Source of the DNA: a virus
Lineage: Duplodnaviria > Caudoviricetes
Strand: one strand, 5' to 3'
Length of the DNA stretch: 49,864 nucleotides
IMG/VR virus record: IMGVR_UViG_3300037420_001924
Location: 1-49,864 of that record
Notes under the pieces: model-generated
What the model was told of the DNA's origin: nothing
Database searches by the model: none
What the model saw: the letters and a program-made list of their open reading frames with translations, nothing else
Part shown: one piece after another, positions 17,470 to 26,089 of the stretch
Numbering within the stretch: position 1 is the stretch's first letter
Layout: the number at the start of each line of letters is the position of its first letter
Translations under genes and position numbers: made by a program

Positions 17470-18918
17470 ATGTCAAGATTCAACACTACAACAACAGGAG
17501 CGAAAACGGTCAATTTAGCAGGGGGTGAAGCATACGGCCAAAACCCGGAACTGGAATTGGTTTCTATTCTTTTAACATCCTTTGCCAACGATCAGTTTTA
17601 CCGATCGGCAAATGATACGTTTGAACGCCTGAAGCAATTGGTTGGACTGTGTAATAAAGAATTCGTGGCAAAGGCGGCGGTTTATGCCCGGACGCAGTTT
17701 GGTATGCGGTCTATTACCCATGTTGTAGCCTCTGAACTGGCAAAGCATATCGGCGGCGAAAAATGGGCTAAAGACTTTTATTCCGCTATTGTTTACCGGC
17801 CGGATGATATGCTGGAAATCCTTTCCTACCATACACAAAATAATGGCAAGATTCCCAACTCCATCAAGAAGGGGTTTGCCAGGGCATTTGACCGGTTCTC
17901 TAAATATGATCTGGCTAAATACCGGGGCGAAAACAAGGGTTTTAAATTGGTAGATGTAGTGAACTTGGTTCACCCCACGCCAACCGAAAACAACCGGGAA
18001 GCGATTGATGCGCTGGTAAAGGGAGAGCTGAAATCCTTTGATACATGGGAATCGGAACTGACAAGGGCGGGGCAGGCGGCAGCGAATGAAGAGGAAAGGG
18101 CGGAATTTAAAAAAGAGGTTTGGGTAAAGCTGGTACGCGAAAAGAAAATCGGCTATTTCGCCCTGCTTCGGAATTTACGAAATATCATTGAGCAAGCGCC
18201 CGAAGTCGTGGCAGAGGCTTTGGAAACCCTCACCAATGAAGCTATTATTAAAAAGTCGCTGGTGCTGCCTTTCCGGTTCTTAACGGCCTTTGAGGAAATC
18301 CGGAAGCTAAACGATGGCAAAGTAATTCGGGATGTTCTTATGGCATTAAATAAAGCCGTGGATATTGCCGTTAATAATGTTCCCAAGTTCGATGGTGAAA
18401 CCCTTGTGGTGTTGGACGTCTCCGGTTCTATGCGCGAAATGGGCAAGGGAACCAAATCGCCTCATATCATCGGGGCTTTATTTTCTGCAGTATTGGTAAA
18501 GGCGAACAACTGCGATCTTATGACCTTTGATAACCATGCAAGGTATGTAAACATAAATCCATTTGATTCAACCATTACCATATCGAATTCCATTCCATTT
18601 ACAGGTGGTGGTACGGATTTTCACTCTATTTTCAGAACCGCTAATAAGAAGTACGACCGGATTATTATTTTATCCGATATGCAGGGATGGATAGGGTATC
18701 ATTCCCCTTCCCATGTATTCAATGTGTACAAACAAAGCACCGGGGCCAACCCGTTTGTTTATTCCTTTGATTTGAACTCCTACGGCTCCCTGCAATTCCC
18801 TGAACAGAACGTTTTTGCAATAGCCGGTTTCAGTGAGAAGGTGTTTGATATCATGAAACTAATGGAAACCGATAAGCGGGCTTTAATCAATGAGATTAAA
18901 AAGATTTCATTTAGCTAG
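17470..18918 (+). CDS. rsr: Ro60/Rsr RNA-binding protein (TROVE + vWA)
   Basis: TROVE motifs NLAGGEAY, DLAKY, LVHP, TWE and ALLRNLRN; vWA MIDAS DVSGSM...GGTD...SD. Confidence 0.95.
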   Translation: MSRFNTTTTGAKTVNLAGGEAYGQNPELELVSILLTSFANDQFYRSANDTFERLKQLVGLCNKEFVAKAAVYARTQFGMRSITHVVASELAKHIGGEKWAKDFYSAIVYRPDDMLEILSYHTQNNGKIPNSIKKGFARAFDRFSKYDLAKYRGENKGFKLVDVVNLVHPTPTENNREAIDALVKGELKSFDTWESELTRAGQAAANEEERAEFKKEVWVKLVREKKIGYFALLRNLRNIIEQAPEVVAEALETLTNEAIIKKSLVLPFRFLTAFEEIRKLNDGKVIRDVLMALNKAVDIAVNNVPKFDGETLVVLDVSGSMREMGKGTKSPHIIGALFSAVLVKANNCDLMTFDNHARYVNINPFDSTITISNSIPFTGGGTDFHSIFRTANKKYDRIIILSDMQGWIGYHSPSHVFNVYKQSTGANPFVYSFDLNSYGSLQFPEQNVFAIAGFSEKVFDIMKLMETDKRALINEIKKISFS

Positions 18919-19048
18919 CTTCGCCCTTGGTTTTTCATAGGATATTGGACCCTGAAAAAAGACCGCTAACAAAAATAGCTGCTTTTTTATTTAAAAACCC
19001 CAACGTTAACAAAAGGCTGAGCCTGTTGCAAATTATTCCTTAAAAAAG

Positions 19049-19080
19049 AAGCGGCAAACCCTTACGGACAGCCGCTTTTG
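19049..19080 (+). terminator. Terminator-like hairpin downstream of rsr
   Basis: AAGCGGC...GCCGCTT followed by TTG. Confidence 0.45.
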
Positions 19081-19093
19081 TCGTAAATTAGAG

Positions 19094-19729
19094 TTGACTA
19101 AAAACCAATTTACGATGAGCAATTTAAACAATTTTCCCCAACGAAAAAGACGTTCGCTGGAAGAGCGGCTTCAAGACCTAAAAGCTAAGATTCAAAGGCG
19201 CAAAGAAAGGGAACAAAGAAAAGCGCCGCCTGTGGTCAAAAACATAGAAGACAGAATATTAAACAATATTAAGAGGATTAAAGAAACCGGCTGTTGGGAA
19301 TGGCAAAGGGCTTTAAATGCAAGTGGATACGGTCAAATCTTTTACAAAGGTAAAAACTGGGTAGCCCATAGGCTTTCTTACCTGCTGTTCAAAGGAGAAC
19401 TGGATGAAACCCTATTTGTCTGTCATAAGTGCGACAACCGCAAATGCGTAAACCCTGACCATCTTTTTTTAGGAACAGCAAAAGAGAATATGGATGATTG
19501 CTTTAGAAAGGGAAGGCATACCAACATATTCACCAAAGGACACACGCCTGTTAACGCCAAATTAGATAAAGACACAGCTGCTAAGATTATCCTTTACATT
19601 TGGGATCACCCCCATGAACGGGTTTCAAAAATTGCTGATCGGTTCAATGTCTCCGTCTCGGTTGTTAAAGATATAAAGCGGGGCCGGTCTTATAATAATC
19701 TTATAGAGGAAGTAGAACCGATCAGCTGA
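19094..19729 (+). CDS. HNH endonuclease (HNH_3-like) with C-terminal HTH
   Basis: CWEW..GYG..AHRLSY..VCHKCDNRKCVNPDHLFLGT..EN; IADRFNVS..VKDIKRGRSY. The real start may be ATG 19115. Confidence 0.9.
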   Translation: MTKNQFTMSNLNNFPQRKRRSLEERLQDLKAKIQRRKEREQRKAPPVVKNIEDRILNNIKRIKETGCWEWQRALNASGYGQIFYKGKNWVAHRLSYLLFKGELDETLFVCHKCDNRKCVNPDHLFLGTAKENMDDCFRKGRHTNIFTKGHTPVNAKLDKDTAAKIILYIWDHPHERVSKIADRFNVSVSVVKDIKRGRSYNNLIEEVEPIS

Positions 19730-19935
19730 CAAAATCTTTCCAATTTTTTTTAGTGGCCTGAAAGTCAATACTGTAGCTGAAAAAAAATAGTGTGGTGGTC
19801 TCGTCGCCTCCACTTTCAAACCCACGCCAGCCGTGGGTTTTCTTATTTTAAAGGGGAAATGGGGCAAACTCTACAGGGGCAGAAAGGGCATATTTTGACA
19901 AAAAAGGCTATCTTTCTTTCCAAAATCTTTCCAAT
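19730..19935 (+). mobile_element. Putative attP: tmRNA-3'-like core, replacement terminator and arm repeats
   Basis: CTCGTCGCCTCCACT (19800-19814), hairpin AAACCCACG/CGTGGGTTT, and exact 15-bp repeat CAAAATCTTTCCAAT at 19730 and 19921; directly upstream of the integrase. Confidence 0.65.
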
Positions 19936-19947
19936 AATCTTGACAAA

Positions 19948-21138
19948 ATGGCTACTGCAACCGCGATTCTAAACGAAAAATACAAAAGCAAAGACGGCAC
20001 GTACCCCATTGTGATTCGCTTAATAGACGGTCGCCGCCAAAAGCTCCACCCCATAAAATACAAGATCCCAAAACACTACTGGCAGGCCGGGCAGGTGAGG
20101 GACATCCACCCCGAAGCGGACATTATCAATTCCGTAATCGACGAAGAACTCCTGCGGGCCAAACGCTATTTTAGGGACTGCCGCCTGCAAAATATTCACA
20201 TTGATTTGGAGCTGGTCTTTCAGGCGGTGAAAAGCCACTCCTTTACCGAATACCTTCGCCACAGGGCTCGCCAACACAAAGAAGCGGGACAGGTGGAAAT
20301 GCACTTTAAGGCCAACCGCTACCAAAAGGAATTTGTAAAATGTTTTGGCCGGGAGGTGTATTTTTCCGAACTCACCCAGGATGCGCTCCGCACCTTTGAC
20401 GCCTGGCTGATGCGCGAGGACCCGGAGCAAAAGAAAAAGGCCAATAGCGCCAACACAAGGGCCAAAAAATACGAGTTTTTGGGCAAGTATTACAATAATG
20501 CCGTTAGAGAAGGCAAGGCGATGGACCCCAACCCTTTTTACGAGTTTAAAAAGACGGTGAAAACCACGCCCGTAAAAAAACAAAAGCTCACCCGCGAGGA
20601 AATCTCCTCAATCGAGAACCTACCCTTAAAGGACGGCAAGGTACGGCTGGCCCGCGACCTGTTCCTCTTTTCCTATTACTGTAAAGGCGCTCGGTTTGAA
20701 ACCTGCCTACTGATGAAAAAAGACGCCCTTCAGAACGGGCGGCTATACTTTCAAACCAACAAGGGCAAAAAACACCTCTCGGTGGAACTGCACCCCAAAC
20801 TAAAAGCTATTATCGAGCATTATATTGATAACCCCACCGATACCATCTTTGGCCGGGTTATGTCGGATTTGGGAAATCAGAAGCGAAGCAAAGTAGGCTC
20901 TGAAAACTTTATGGTCAACCGGGAATTAAAGGTGGTCGCGCAGTTAGCAGAGGTTCCTATCGCCCTTTCCATGCACCACGCCCGCCATACCCTGGCCTTT
21001 CACTTAAAAAAGAACAAGGCCGATATTCACGCCATCAAACAGGCGTTGGGGCACAGTCGCACCCAAACTACAGAGATTTACCTGACCGATTTGGACGATG
21101 AGGCGATTGATCCGGTGATGCGTAGTTTGTACCAGTAA
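19948..21138 (+). CDS. int: Tyrosine integrase (Bacteroidota Arm-DNA-bind/SAM/catalytic type)
   Basis: KDGTYPIVIRL arm domain; catalytic R (GARF), K (NKG), HHARH, LGH and Y (TEIY). Confidence 0.95.
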   Translation: MATATAILNEKYKSKDGTYPIVIRLIDGRRQKLHPIKYKIPKHYWQAGQVRDIHPEADIINSVIDEELLRAKRYFRDCRLQNIHIDLELVFQAVKSHSFTEYLRHRARQHKEAGQVEMHFKANRYQKEFVKCFGREVYFSELTQDALRTFDAWLMREDPEQKKKANSANTRAKKYEFLGKYYNNAVREGKAMDPNPFYEFKKTVKTTPVKKQKLTREEISSIENLPLKDGKVRLARDLFLFSYYCKGARFETCLLMKKDALQNGRLYFQTNKGKKHLSVELHPKLKAIIEHYIDNPTDTIFGRVMSDLGNQKRSKVGSENFMVNRELKVVAQLAEVPIALSMHHARHTLAFHLKKNKADIHAIKQALGHSRTQTTEIYLTDLDDEAIDPVMRSLYQ

Positions 21139-21263
21139 GGGTTCCAGCACCTATAAACGCCCATAGCAATTACCAGCAGCAAAAGCAGAAGGCAAGCCTA
21201 TTTATGGTCTTTTGACTTATTATATTTTCATGGTTCAGAATAGGGTTAGTGAAAGACTAAAAA

Positions 21264-21956
21264 CTACAGAACAACCTTTTTAAAACTGTTGTTATCGTCT
21301 GCTAATAAATAGATACTTGCACTTTTAAGGAACTGCGTATCAGTGATCTTATTATCGACCAAATTTTTAAGGTTTTTTAGAGAAGTTGAAAGTATCATAC
21401 TCTCTGTATTGTAATTATAATTCTGTTCCCCTTCGGTGAAATCTTTACTTAGATATAGAACATGTACACTGATTGTGGAAGGGAGGGCCCCTTCAAAATT
21501 GTTATACAGAGATTGTAGGAAATTAAATACGAAGGCATCTAATACAGTAGAGGCCCTCTTCTTTGTATTATACTGGAGCGTATTAAACACCTTAGAATAT
21601 AATAAACCTGAAAAATACCACCCATTTGCTCCCAGATCATTAGTAAAGTCACTTATAAAACTGCATTCGGTCTGCTTAACCGGGCGGTATTTAACGTTAT
21701 CGTACAGGTTTTCAAATTTGTCATACTTTGAAGTTATAAAAGAGGCCTTGCTATTTTTTAAGCAATCCTTTATTGTAAGATCAGATTGGGTAAGATCAGA
21801 CAGGCCTTTTGTAAGGATTGATGTTTCGAACAATAGTTGTAACCTCTGTGCATTAAGCAGTACGTGTTGTATGCCAGGCGCCTTTTTAGATGCTGACGAT
21901 TTTGTTTGTCCAAAAGATAGGCCTGGAATGAACATTAATAGGAAAATGTATCTCAT
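21264..21956 (-). CDS. Exported protein with signal peptide (lysogenic conversion candidate)
   Basis: MRYIFLLMFIPGLSFG-Q signal peptide; AT-rich; co-oriented with the repressor. Confidence 0.65.
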   Translation of the reverse strand: MRYIFLLMFIPGLSFGQTKSSASKKAPGIQHVLLNAQRLQLLFETSILTKGLSDLTQSDLTIKDCLKNSKASFITSKYDKFENLYDNVKYRPVKQTECSFISDFTNDLGANGWYFSGLLYSKVFNTLQYNTKKRASTVLDAFVFNFLQSLYNNFEGALPSTISVHVLYLSKDFTEGEQNYNYNTESMILSTSLKNLKNLVDNKITDTQFLKSASIYLLADDNNSFKKVVL

Positions 21957-22255
21957 ATAGTGTGATTTTGGGTTTACGTATTATTACTTATATACTTACC
22001 GTTTACCTATGTAACAGGTCCGCTTCACGAATTTTAAGGTTGATTAACAAAAACAATATATTTAATAAACAAACGTTTGATATATTCACCTACCCAAACA
22101 CACCGTTAACCACACGAATTCAACAGTTTACTAAACCTTAAACTAACGATCATCTATGAGTGTGGAAAACTATTTTTTTGCTAAAGCTTTTAGCATTCGT
22201 CTTCAAGTAGTACATTTAGTCTCCATTATTAATTTTTAAAGCACGTCCGATTATT

Positions 22256-22432
22256 ATGAACACTATGATCAAAAAGAACTGCGGAGACTGTATCTACGCC
22301 CAAGAAAACAAATGCCCGATTGTTTGCCAGCTTTCTCCCTTCTGCCCCAAAGAAGCGGCTAAGCCACTACTGAAGCCGATCAAACGAAATGCGGAAGAAT
22401 ACGGGAAAATCAGAACTTACTTTGAAAACTAA
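22256..22432 (+). CDS. 58-aa Cys-rich small protein, absent from the ORF track
   Basis: MNTMIKKNCGDCIYAQENKCPIVCQLSPFCPKEAAKPLLKPIKRNAEEYGKIRTYFEN, ending just before a terminator. Confidence 0.5.
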   Translation: MNTMIKKNCGDCIYAQENKCPIVCQLSPFCPKEAAKPLLKPIKRNAEEYGKIRTYFEN

Positions 22433-22437
22433 CCACG

Positions 22438-22462
22438 AAACCAGCCCCACGGCTGGTTTTTT
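22438..22462. terminator. Bidirectional terminator
   Basis: AAACCAGCC-ccac-GGCTGGTTT-TT between convergent genes. Confidence 0.75.
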
Positions 22463-22904
22463 ATTCATCCTCTTTGGCTGGCATTGTTTTCGATCCAGGT
22501 GTACCAGCTGGGGCTAACCCCATACGCCCTTTAATCAATCCTTTCACTTCTTTCTTATCACCTACAATAGTAAGTAAATACTCAATAATCCGGGCATGAA
22601 TTAAATCTGTTTCTGCATGATCCTTCGCCGTAACAGATAGGTTGTAGATGGTTTGAATCCAGACGTCAGATTCTGCTGATTTTGGCCCTTCCGCTTTCTT
22701 CTTTAGCGTGTCAATATTGTCAGCGTGTGTAAATATTGACGATTTAAAATACCCTTCAAATTTGTCTTTTGTTTCTTGCTCCAACACTTCACTTTCAAAT
22801 AATTGATACAAATTCTGCCGGGACATAGATAAATCTGAAGCAATAGCCGTTTTACTAATCTTTTGATTCTCAATAAAATTTTTAAGGATAGCCCCCTCAG
22901 TCAT
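22461..22904 (-). CDS. CI-like XRE HTH repressor
   Basis: ISKTAIASDLSMSRQNLYQLF HTH; divergent from a Cro-like gene. Confidence 0.8.
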   Translation of the reverse strand: MTEGAILKNFIENQKISKTAIASDLSMSRQNLYQLFESEVLEQETKDKFEGYFKSSIFTHADNIDTLKKKAEGPKSAESDVWIQTIYNLSVTAKDHAETDLIHARIIEYLLTIVGDKKEVKGLIKGRMGLAPAGTPGSKTMPAKEDE

Positions 22905-22929
22905 AGTTAAAATGTTAAAGAATTGTTAA

Positions 22930-22975
22930 TGTAAACTTTACATATTGACATTTGTAAACTTTACACTTAGCTTTG
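22930..22975 (+). promoter_or_regulatory. Lytic promoter with two palindromic operators
   Basis: TGTAAACTTTACA at 22930-22942 and 22953-22965; TTG (22945), 20-nt spacer, TAGCTTTG (22968-22975). Confidence 0.8.
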
Positions 22976-23008
22976 ATATTAGAAATGCAAGCATAAACAT
23001 AATCAAAA

Positions 23009-23236
23009 ATGCAAACAATCACTAATAATGCGGCCAACAAGATTAAGGGTAATCAAAGGGTTATCGGTCAACTGATGGCTCTTTTTAATAAAAGCTCCTT
23101 CACCATTAACCGATGGATAGAGGATAAGGATATACGCCTGACAACACCTGGAGCCTTGAAGGTTATTCGTGAGGAAACCGGATTAACCGACGAGCAAATC
23201 TTGGAAGCGATCCCGGCGGGTAACGCCGCCGCCTGA
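23009..23236 (+). CDS. Cro-like regulator
   Basis: Small HTH (LMALFNKSSFTINRWI) divergent from the repressor. Confidence 0.7.
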   Translation: MQTITNNAANKIKGNQRVIGQLMALFNKSSFTINRWIEDKDIRLTTPGALKVIREETGLTDEQILEAIPAGNAAA

Positions 23237-23298
23237 CAGTATAAAGGTAATCTGTGCAAATGCAAATAAAGTATTAACCCAATTATAAAAGATTGATA

Positions 23299-23478
23299 AT
23301 GCTACTCAACCGTAAACAGTGTGCTAAGAAGTTAGGCGTATCGGAAAGAACCATTAATCGGTGGACAAAGGATCGCAAGATACCCTACAACAACCTAAAC
23401 GGCATTATCCGGTTCGATGAAGAAAAGATCGACAACTGGCTTCGAATGAAAGAAGTAAGAATGCGATCCATCGCCTAA
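23299..23478 (+). CDS. Excisionase-like HTH protein
   Basis: LLNRKQCAKKLGVSERTINRW...IP...IRFDEEKIDNWL. Confidence 0.85.
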   Translation: MLLNRKQCAKKLGVSERTINRWTKDRKIPYNNLNGIIRFDEEKIDNWLRMKEVRMRSIA

Positions 23479-23547
23479 CATAATTGAAAAAGCGGCTTGT
23501 ACCGTGGAAAGTTTAAGCCGCTCTTTAAAAATCTTAAATATAATAAG

Positions 23548-23805
23548 ATGAGACCAAAATTAAAGGACAAAACTGACATCACCAAACCTCCATTGCCACC
23601 GAACACGAACATGGACCTACTCACCCAAATGGCTGCTGAATACTACCAGCAACCCACTCAAATAGAAATATCTGAAGAGGAGAGACTGCGCAAGCAATGG
23701 GAAGATATGGCAAGAAATCTCGATAGCTCCCAACTTAGGGTAGCCAGCCGTAACTATTCCATCTGGTGTGCCCGCCAACGGGAACGTAAAAACCAAACCG
23801 CTTAA
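23548..23805 (+). CDS. Hypothetical early protein
   Basis: ORF track; start moved to the ATG after the hairpin at about 23487-23526. Confidence 0.5.
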   Translation: MRPKLKDKTDITKPPLPPNTNMDLLTQMAAEYYQQPTQIEISEEERLRKQWEDMARNLDSSQLRVASRNYSIWCARQRERKNQTA

Positions 23806-23825
23806 CCCCCAAAACCATTTGAGTT

Positions 23826-24215
23826 ATGAAAATTCAAACTGTTGTCACCAAAAACGAATTAGTAGAACTGGACATTCAACTGCCCTTCTATTGCAAGACC
23901 TCTGCTTCGGTTTATTATAAAGTAGTAAGCGAAACAAAAGCCATCCGGGTTACGCATAAATGGGTCGACTGTATAAATACCTGCAACCCTCAGGATAGCC
24001 ATACTGCCAATGAAATTACTCAGGCCACTGCTTGCAGTGAGCAGGAATACGAAGCCGCCAAAGCGAAGGTATTTGAAAACATTCAGGAGGCCGAAGCAAC
24101 CGAAGCAGATAGGGAAGAAGATCCCAACATCTACCATGAAACTATAATCGAAGAAAGGTTATTTGATGAATCCTTTCAAAACGAACTATACGAAAGAGAG
24201 GAGGGCTTGTCATGA
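23826..24215 (+). CDS. Hypothetical early protein
   Basis: ORF track; acidic C-terminus. Confidence 0.6.
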   Translation: MKIQTVVTKNELVELDIQLPFYCKTSASVYYKVVSETKAIRVTHKWVDCINTCNPQDSHTANEITQATACSEQEYEAAKAKVFENIQEAEATEADREEDPNIYHETIIEERLFDESFQNELYEREEGLS

Positions 24216-24577
24216 ACACACTGCACACACCAGGGCCTTGGGAAGCTCGGTTTACTAATGACCAAATGAGCTATGAGGAGACAACCGTTTGCCAGCTTAA
24301 ATATCTACAGCATCCAAACGGGTATTGGGTGGTAACATCACCAGTAACCAATCACGGAGATGAGGAGTCCACCGCCCGCTTTATCGCAGCGGCGCCGGAA
24401 CTCTTGGAAAAGTTGCAATGGATAATCAAGAAACCTTCATTGGCTTTTGATTGCAAATATTGGTACGACAACCCACACAAACAGATTAATGAGACAAGAG
24501 AGGAAATGGCTAAACAATGGGAAGATTTATTGGCTGTTGTGGCTAAAGCTACCTGCAAAAAGGAGGGAGCAAAATGA
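24212..24577 (+). CDS. HTPGPW-family phage protein
   Basis: HTPGPW...ARFIAAAPELL. Confidence 0.7.
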   Translation: MNTLHTPGPWEARFTNDQMSYEETTVCQLKYLQHPNGYWVVTSPVTNHGDEESTARFIAAAPELLEKLQWIIKKPSLAFDCKYWYDNPHKQINETREEMAKQWEDLLAVVAKATCKKEGAK

Positions 24578-24870
24578 AAACACTGCACACTCCAGGGACC
24601 TGGGAAGTATCAGATATTATGCTGAACTACCCCGATCAATCGAAAAGCTATGACGTTAAAGTGGACTCCCAGGTAATTGCCACTGTATACGGTAAGAATC
24701 AAGAAGAAGCCAAAGCCAACGCCCGCATTATAGCCACTGCATCTGATATGCTAGACGCTTTGCAAATAATTGCAAGCTGGGATAGAAATGATACCGAGAC
24801 ATTACGCATGAAAGCTTTAGCTCGCGCAATAATTAAAAGAGCCACCGGCGAAAAGGAGGATGAGCAATGA
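24574..24870 (+). CDS. HTPGPW-family phage protein (paralog)
   Basis: HTPGTW...ANARIIATASDML. Confidence 0.7.
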   Translation: MKTLHTPGTWEVSDIMLNYPDQSKSYDVKVDSQVIATVYGKNQEEAKANARIIATASDMLDALQIIASWDRNDTETLRMKALARAIIKRATGEKEDEQ

Positions 24871-25121
24871 ACACACTAACCACCGAAAGCAAGCCCACCT
24901 TGATTGAGAAGTTCTTAAAGTTTGAACTCTCCTATAAGCAGATGTGCGTAGGAACGGTGCTGTTCTTTACTCTATTGGTCCTGTTTTATGCCGTCTGTAT
25001 GCTGTGGGGCATTCACCAGATCGTGAACTATTTCAACGAGACCGCTAAAGCCTCCGGCCCTATCGTAGTGGTGTGGAGTGCTACAAGACTTAAAAAAGTA
25101 TTCAGAACTAAAACAAAATAA
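24867..25121 (+). CDS. Small membrane protein
   Basis: One TM helix; ATGA-coupled start. Confidence 0.55.
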   Translation: MNTLTTESKPTLIEKFLKFELSYKQMCVGTVLFFTLLVLFYAVCMLWGIHQIVNYFNETAKASGPIVVVWSATRLKKVFRTKTK

Positions 25122-25125
25122 AGCC

Positions 25126-25389
25126 ATGACACATTTTAAAGTGATTTGTATAGCAAAAGAAAACGGACCAGGCATCATCCCTGGCCCCACACCAAAGGTT
25201 GGTGAAATCTATACGGTTATAAGAGCAGTAACCGGTTATGACGCCTGGGATTTTCCACAGCCTGCATATGAAATAGCAGAACTGTTCCCTAATGAATGGT
25301 GCTATGATCAAAAACTATTCGCTGTGTTATCGGATCTGGATGAAACTAAATTAGCCACCATTCGTAAACAAGATGAAATCTACCACTAA
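25126..25389 (+). CDS. Hypothetical protein
   Basis: FKVICI..PKVGEIYTV..YEIAEL; ATG 25126 preferred. Confidence 0.55.
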   Translation: MTHFKVICIAKENGPGIIPGPTPKVGEIYTVIRAVTGYDAWDFPQPAYEIAELFPNEWCYDQKLFAVLSDLDETKLATIRKQDEIYH

Positions 25390-25532
25390 TGCCGTACTCC
25401 TATCATTTTATCTGTGTTATGATCGACCATTACCAGGATCTGTTGAAAACGGCTGAGTCCCTTAGCCAAAAGCAAATTGCCAACCAGGGATTACACCTGT
25501 ACCAGATGAAACACCAAGAGTACCTGGACTAA
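25389..25532 (+). CDS. 47-aa hypothetical protein, absent from the ORF track
   Basis: TAATG-coupled ORF MPYSYHFICVMIDHYQDLLKTAESLSQKQIANQGLHLYQMKHQEYLD. Confidence 0.4.
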   Translation: MPYSYHFICVMIDHYQDLLKTAESLSQKQIANQGLHLYQMKHQEYLD

Positions 25533-25579
25533 AAACGCTAACCTAAGCACCCATTGTTAAACGACTAAATCACCTTGTT

Positions 25580-25810
25580 ATGAAAATGCTTCTGCTTTCG
25601 TGTACCCTTGCCATCCTTCTTTGTTCGTGTGCAACCTACAGATGCCTTCCATCTAAACATTCGAGGGACTATTCGGTGACCGGGGTAAAAACCCTCTACC
25701 TGGTGACGTATCAAAAAACCTGGGGCGCCCGTCGTATGCAAAAAACCGTATTGCTGGAGTGTCTGCCACCGGAGCTTTCAGGGTATGTAAACCAAAAGGA
25801 GGGCAAATGA
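25580..25810 (+). CDS. Small lipoprotein
   Basis: Lipobox LLCS-C after a hydrophobic signal. Confidence 0.6.
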   Translation: MKMLLLSCTLAILLCSCATYRCLPSKHSRDYSVTGVKTLYLVTYQKTWGARRMQKTVLLECLPPELSGYVNQKEGK

Positions 25811-25811
25811 T

Positions 25812-26084
25812 ATGGGTAATTGTAACGGTGATCGTGCTGTTTATCTGGATGCCGGAGGCCAAGCCCCAAAGGAAAAAGCGATACGTGAGAAGGAACTCCT
25901 GTTGCTCTATGTACTTAGTCAAACCGATCCACAAACCCTATTCGGAGCCTACGTCCAGGGAGCCCTTAAAGACGGAAAATTTGAATCCTTAGTAGGGGAA
26001 CTAAAGGACCAGGCGCGGGATGCACATCAGGGATTAGCAAGGGTGTTGGGTGAAGTAGTGGTAAGGGTTATAAACGAATTATAA
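25812..26084 (+). CDS. Hypothetical helical protein, overlapped by an alternative-frame TM ORF at 25807-25992
   Basis: ORF track. Confidence 0.5.
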   Translation: MGNCNGDRAVYLDAGGQAPKEKAIREKELLLLYVLSQTDPQTLFGAYVQGALKDGKFESLVGELKDQARDAHQGLARVLGEVVVRVINEL

Positions 26085-26089
26085 AGATA

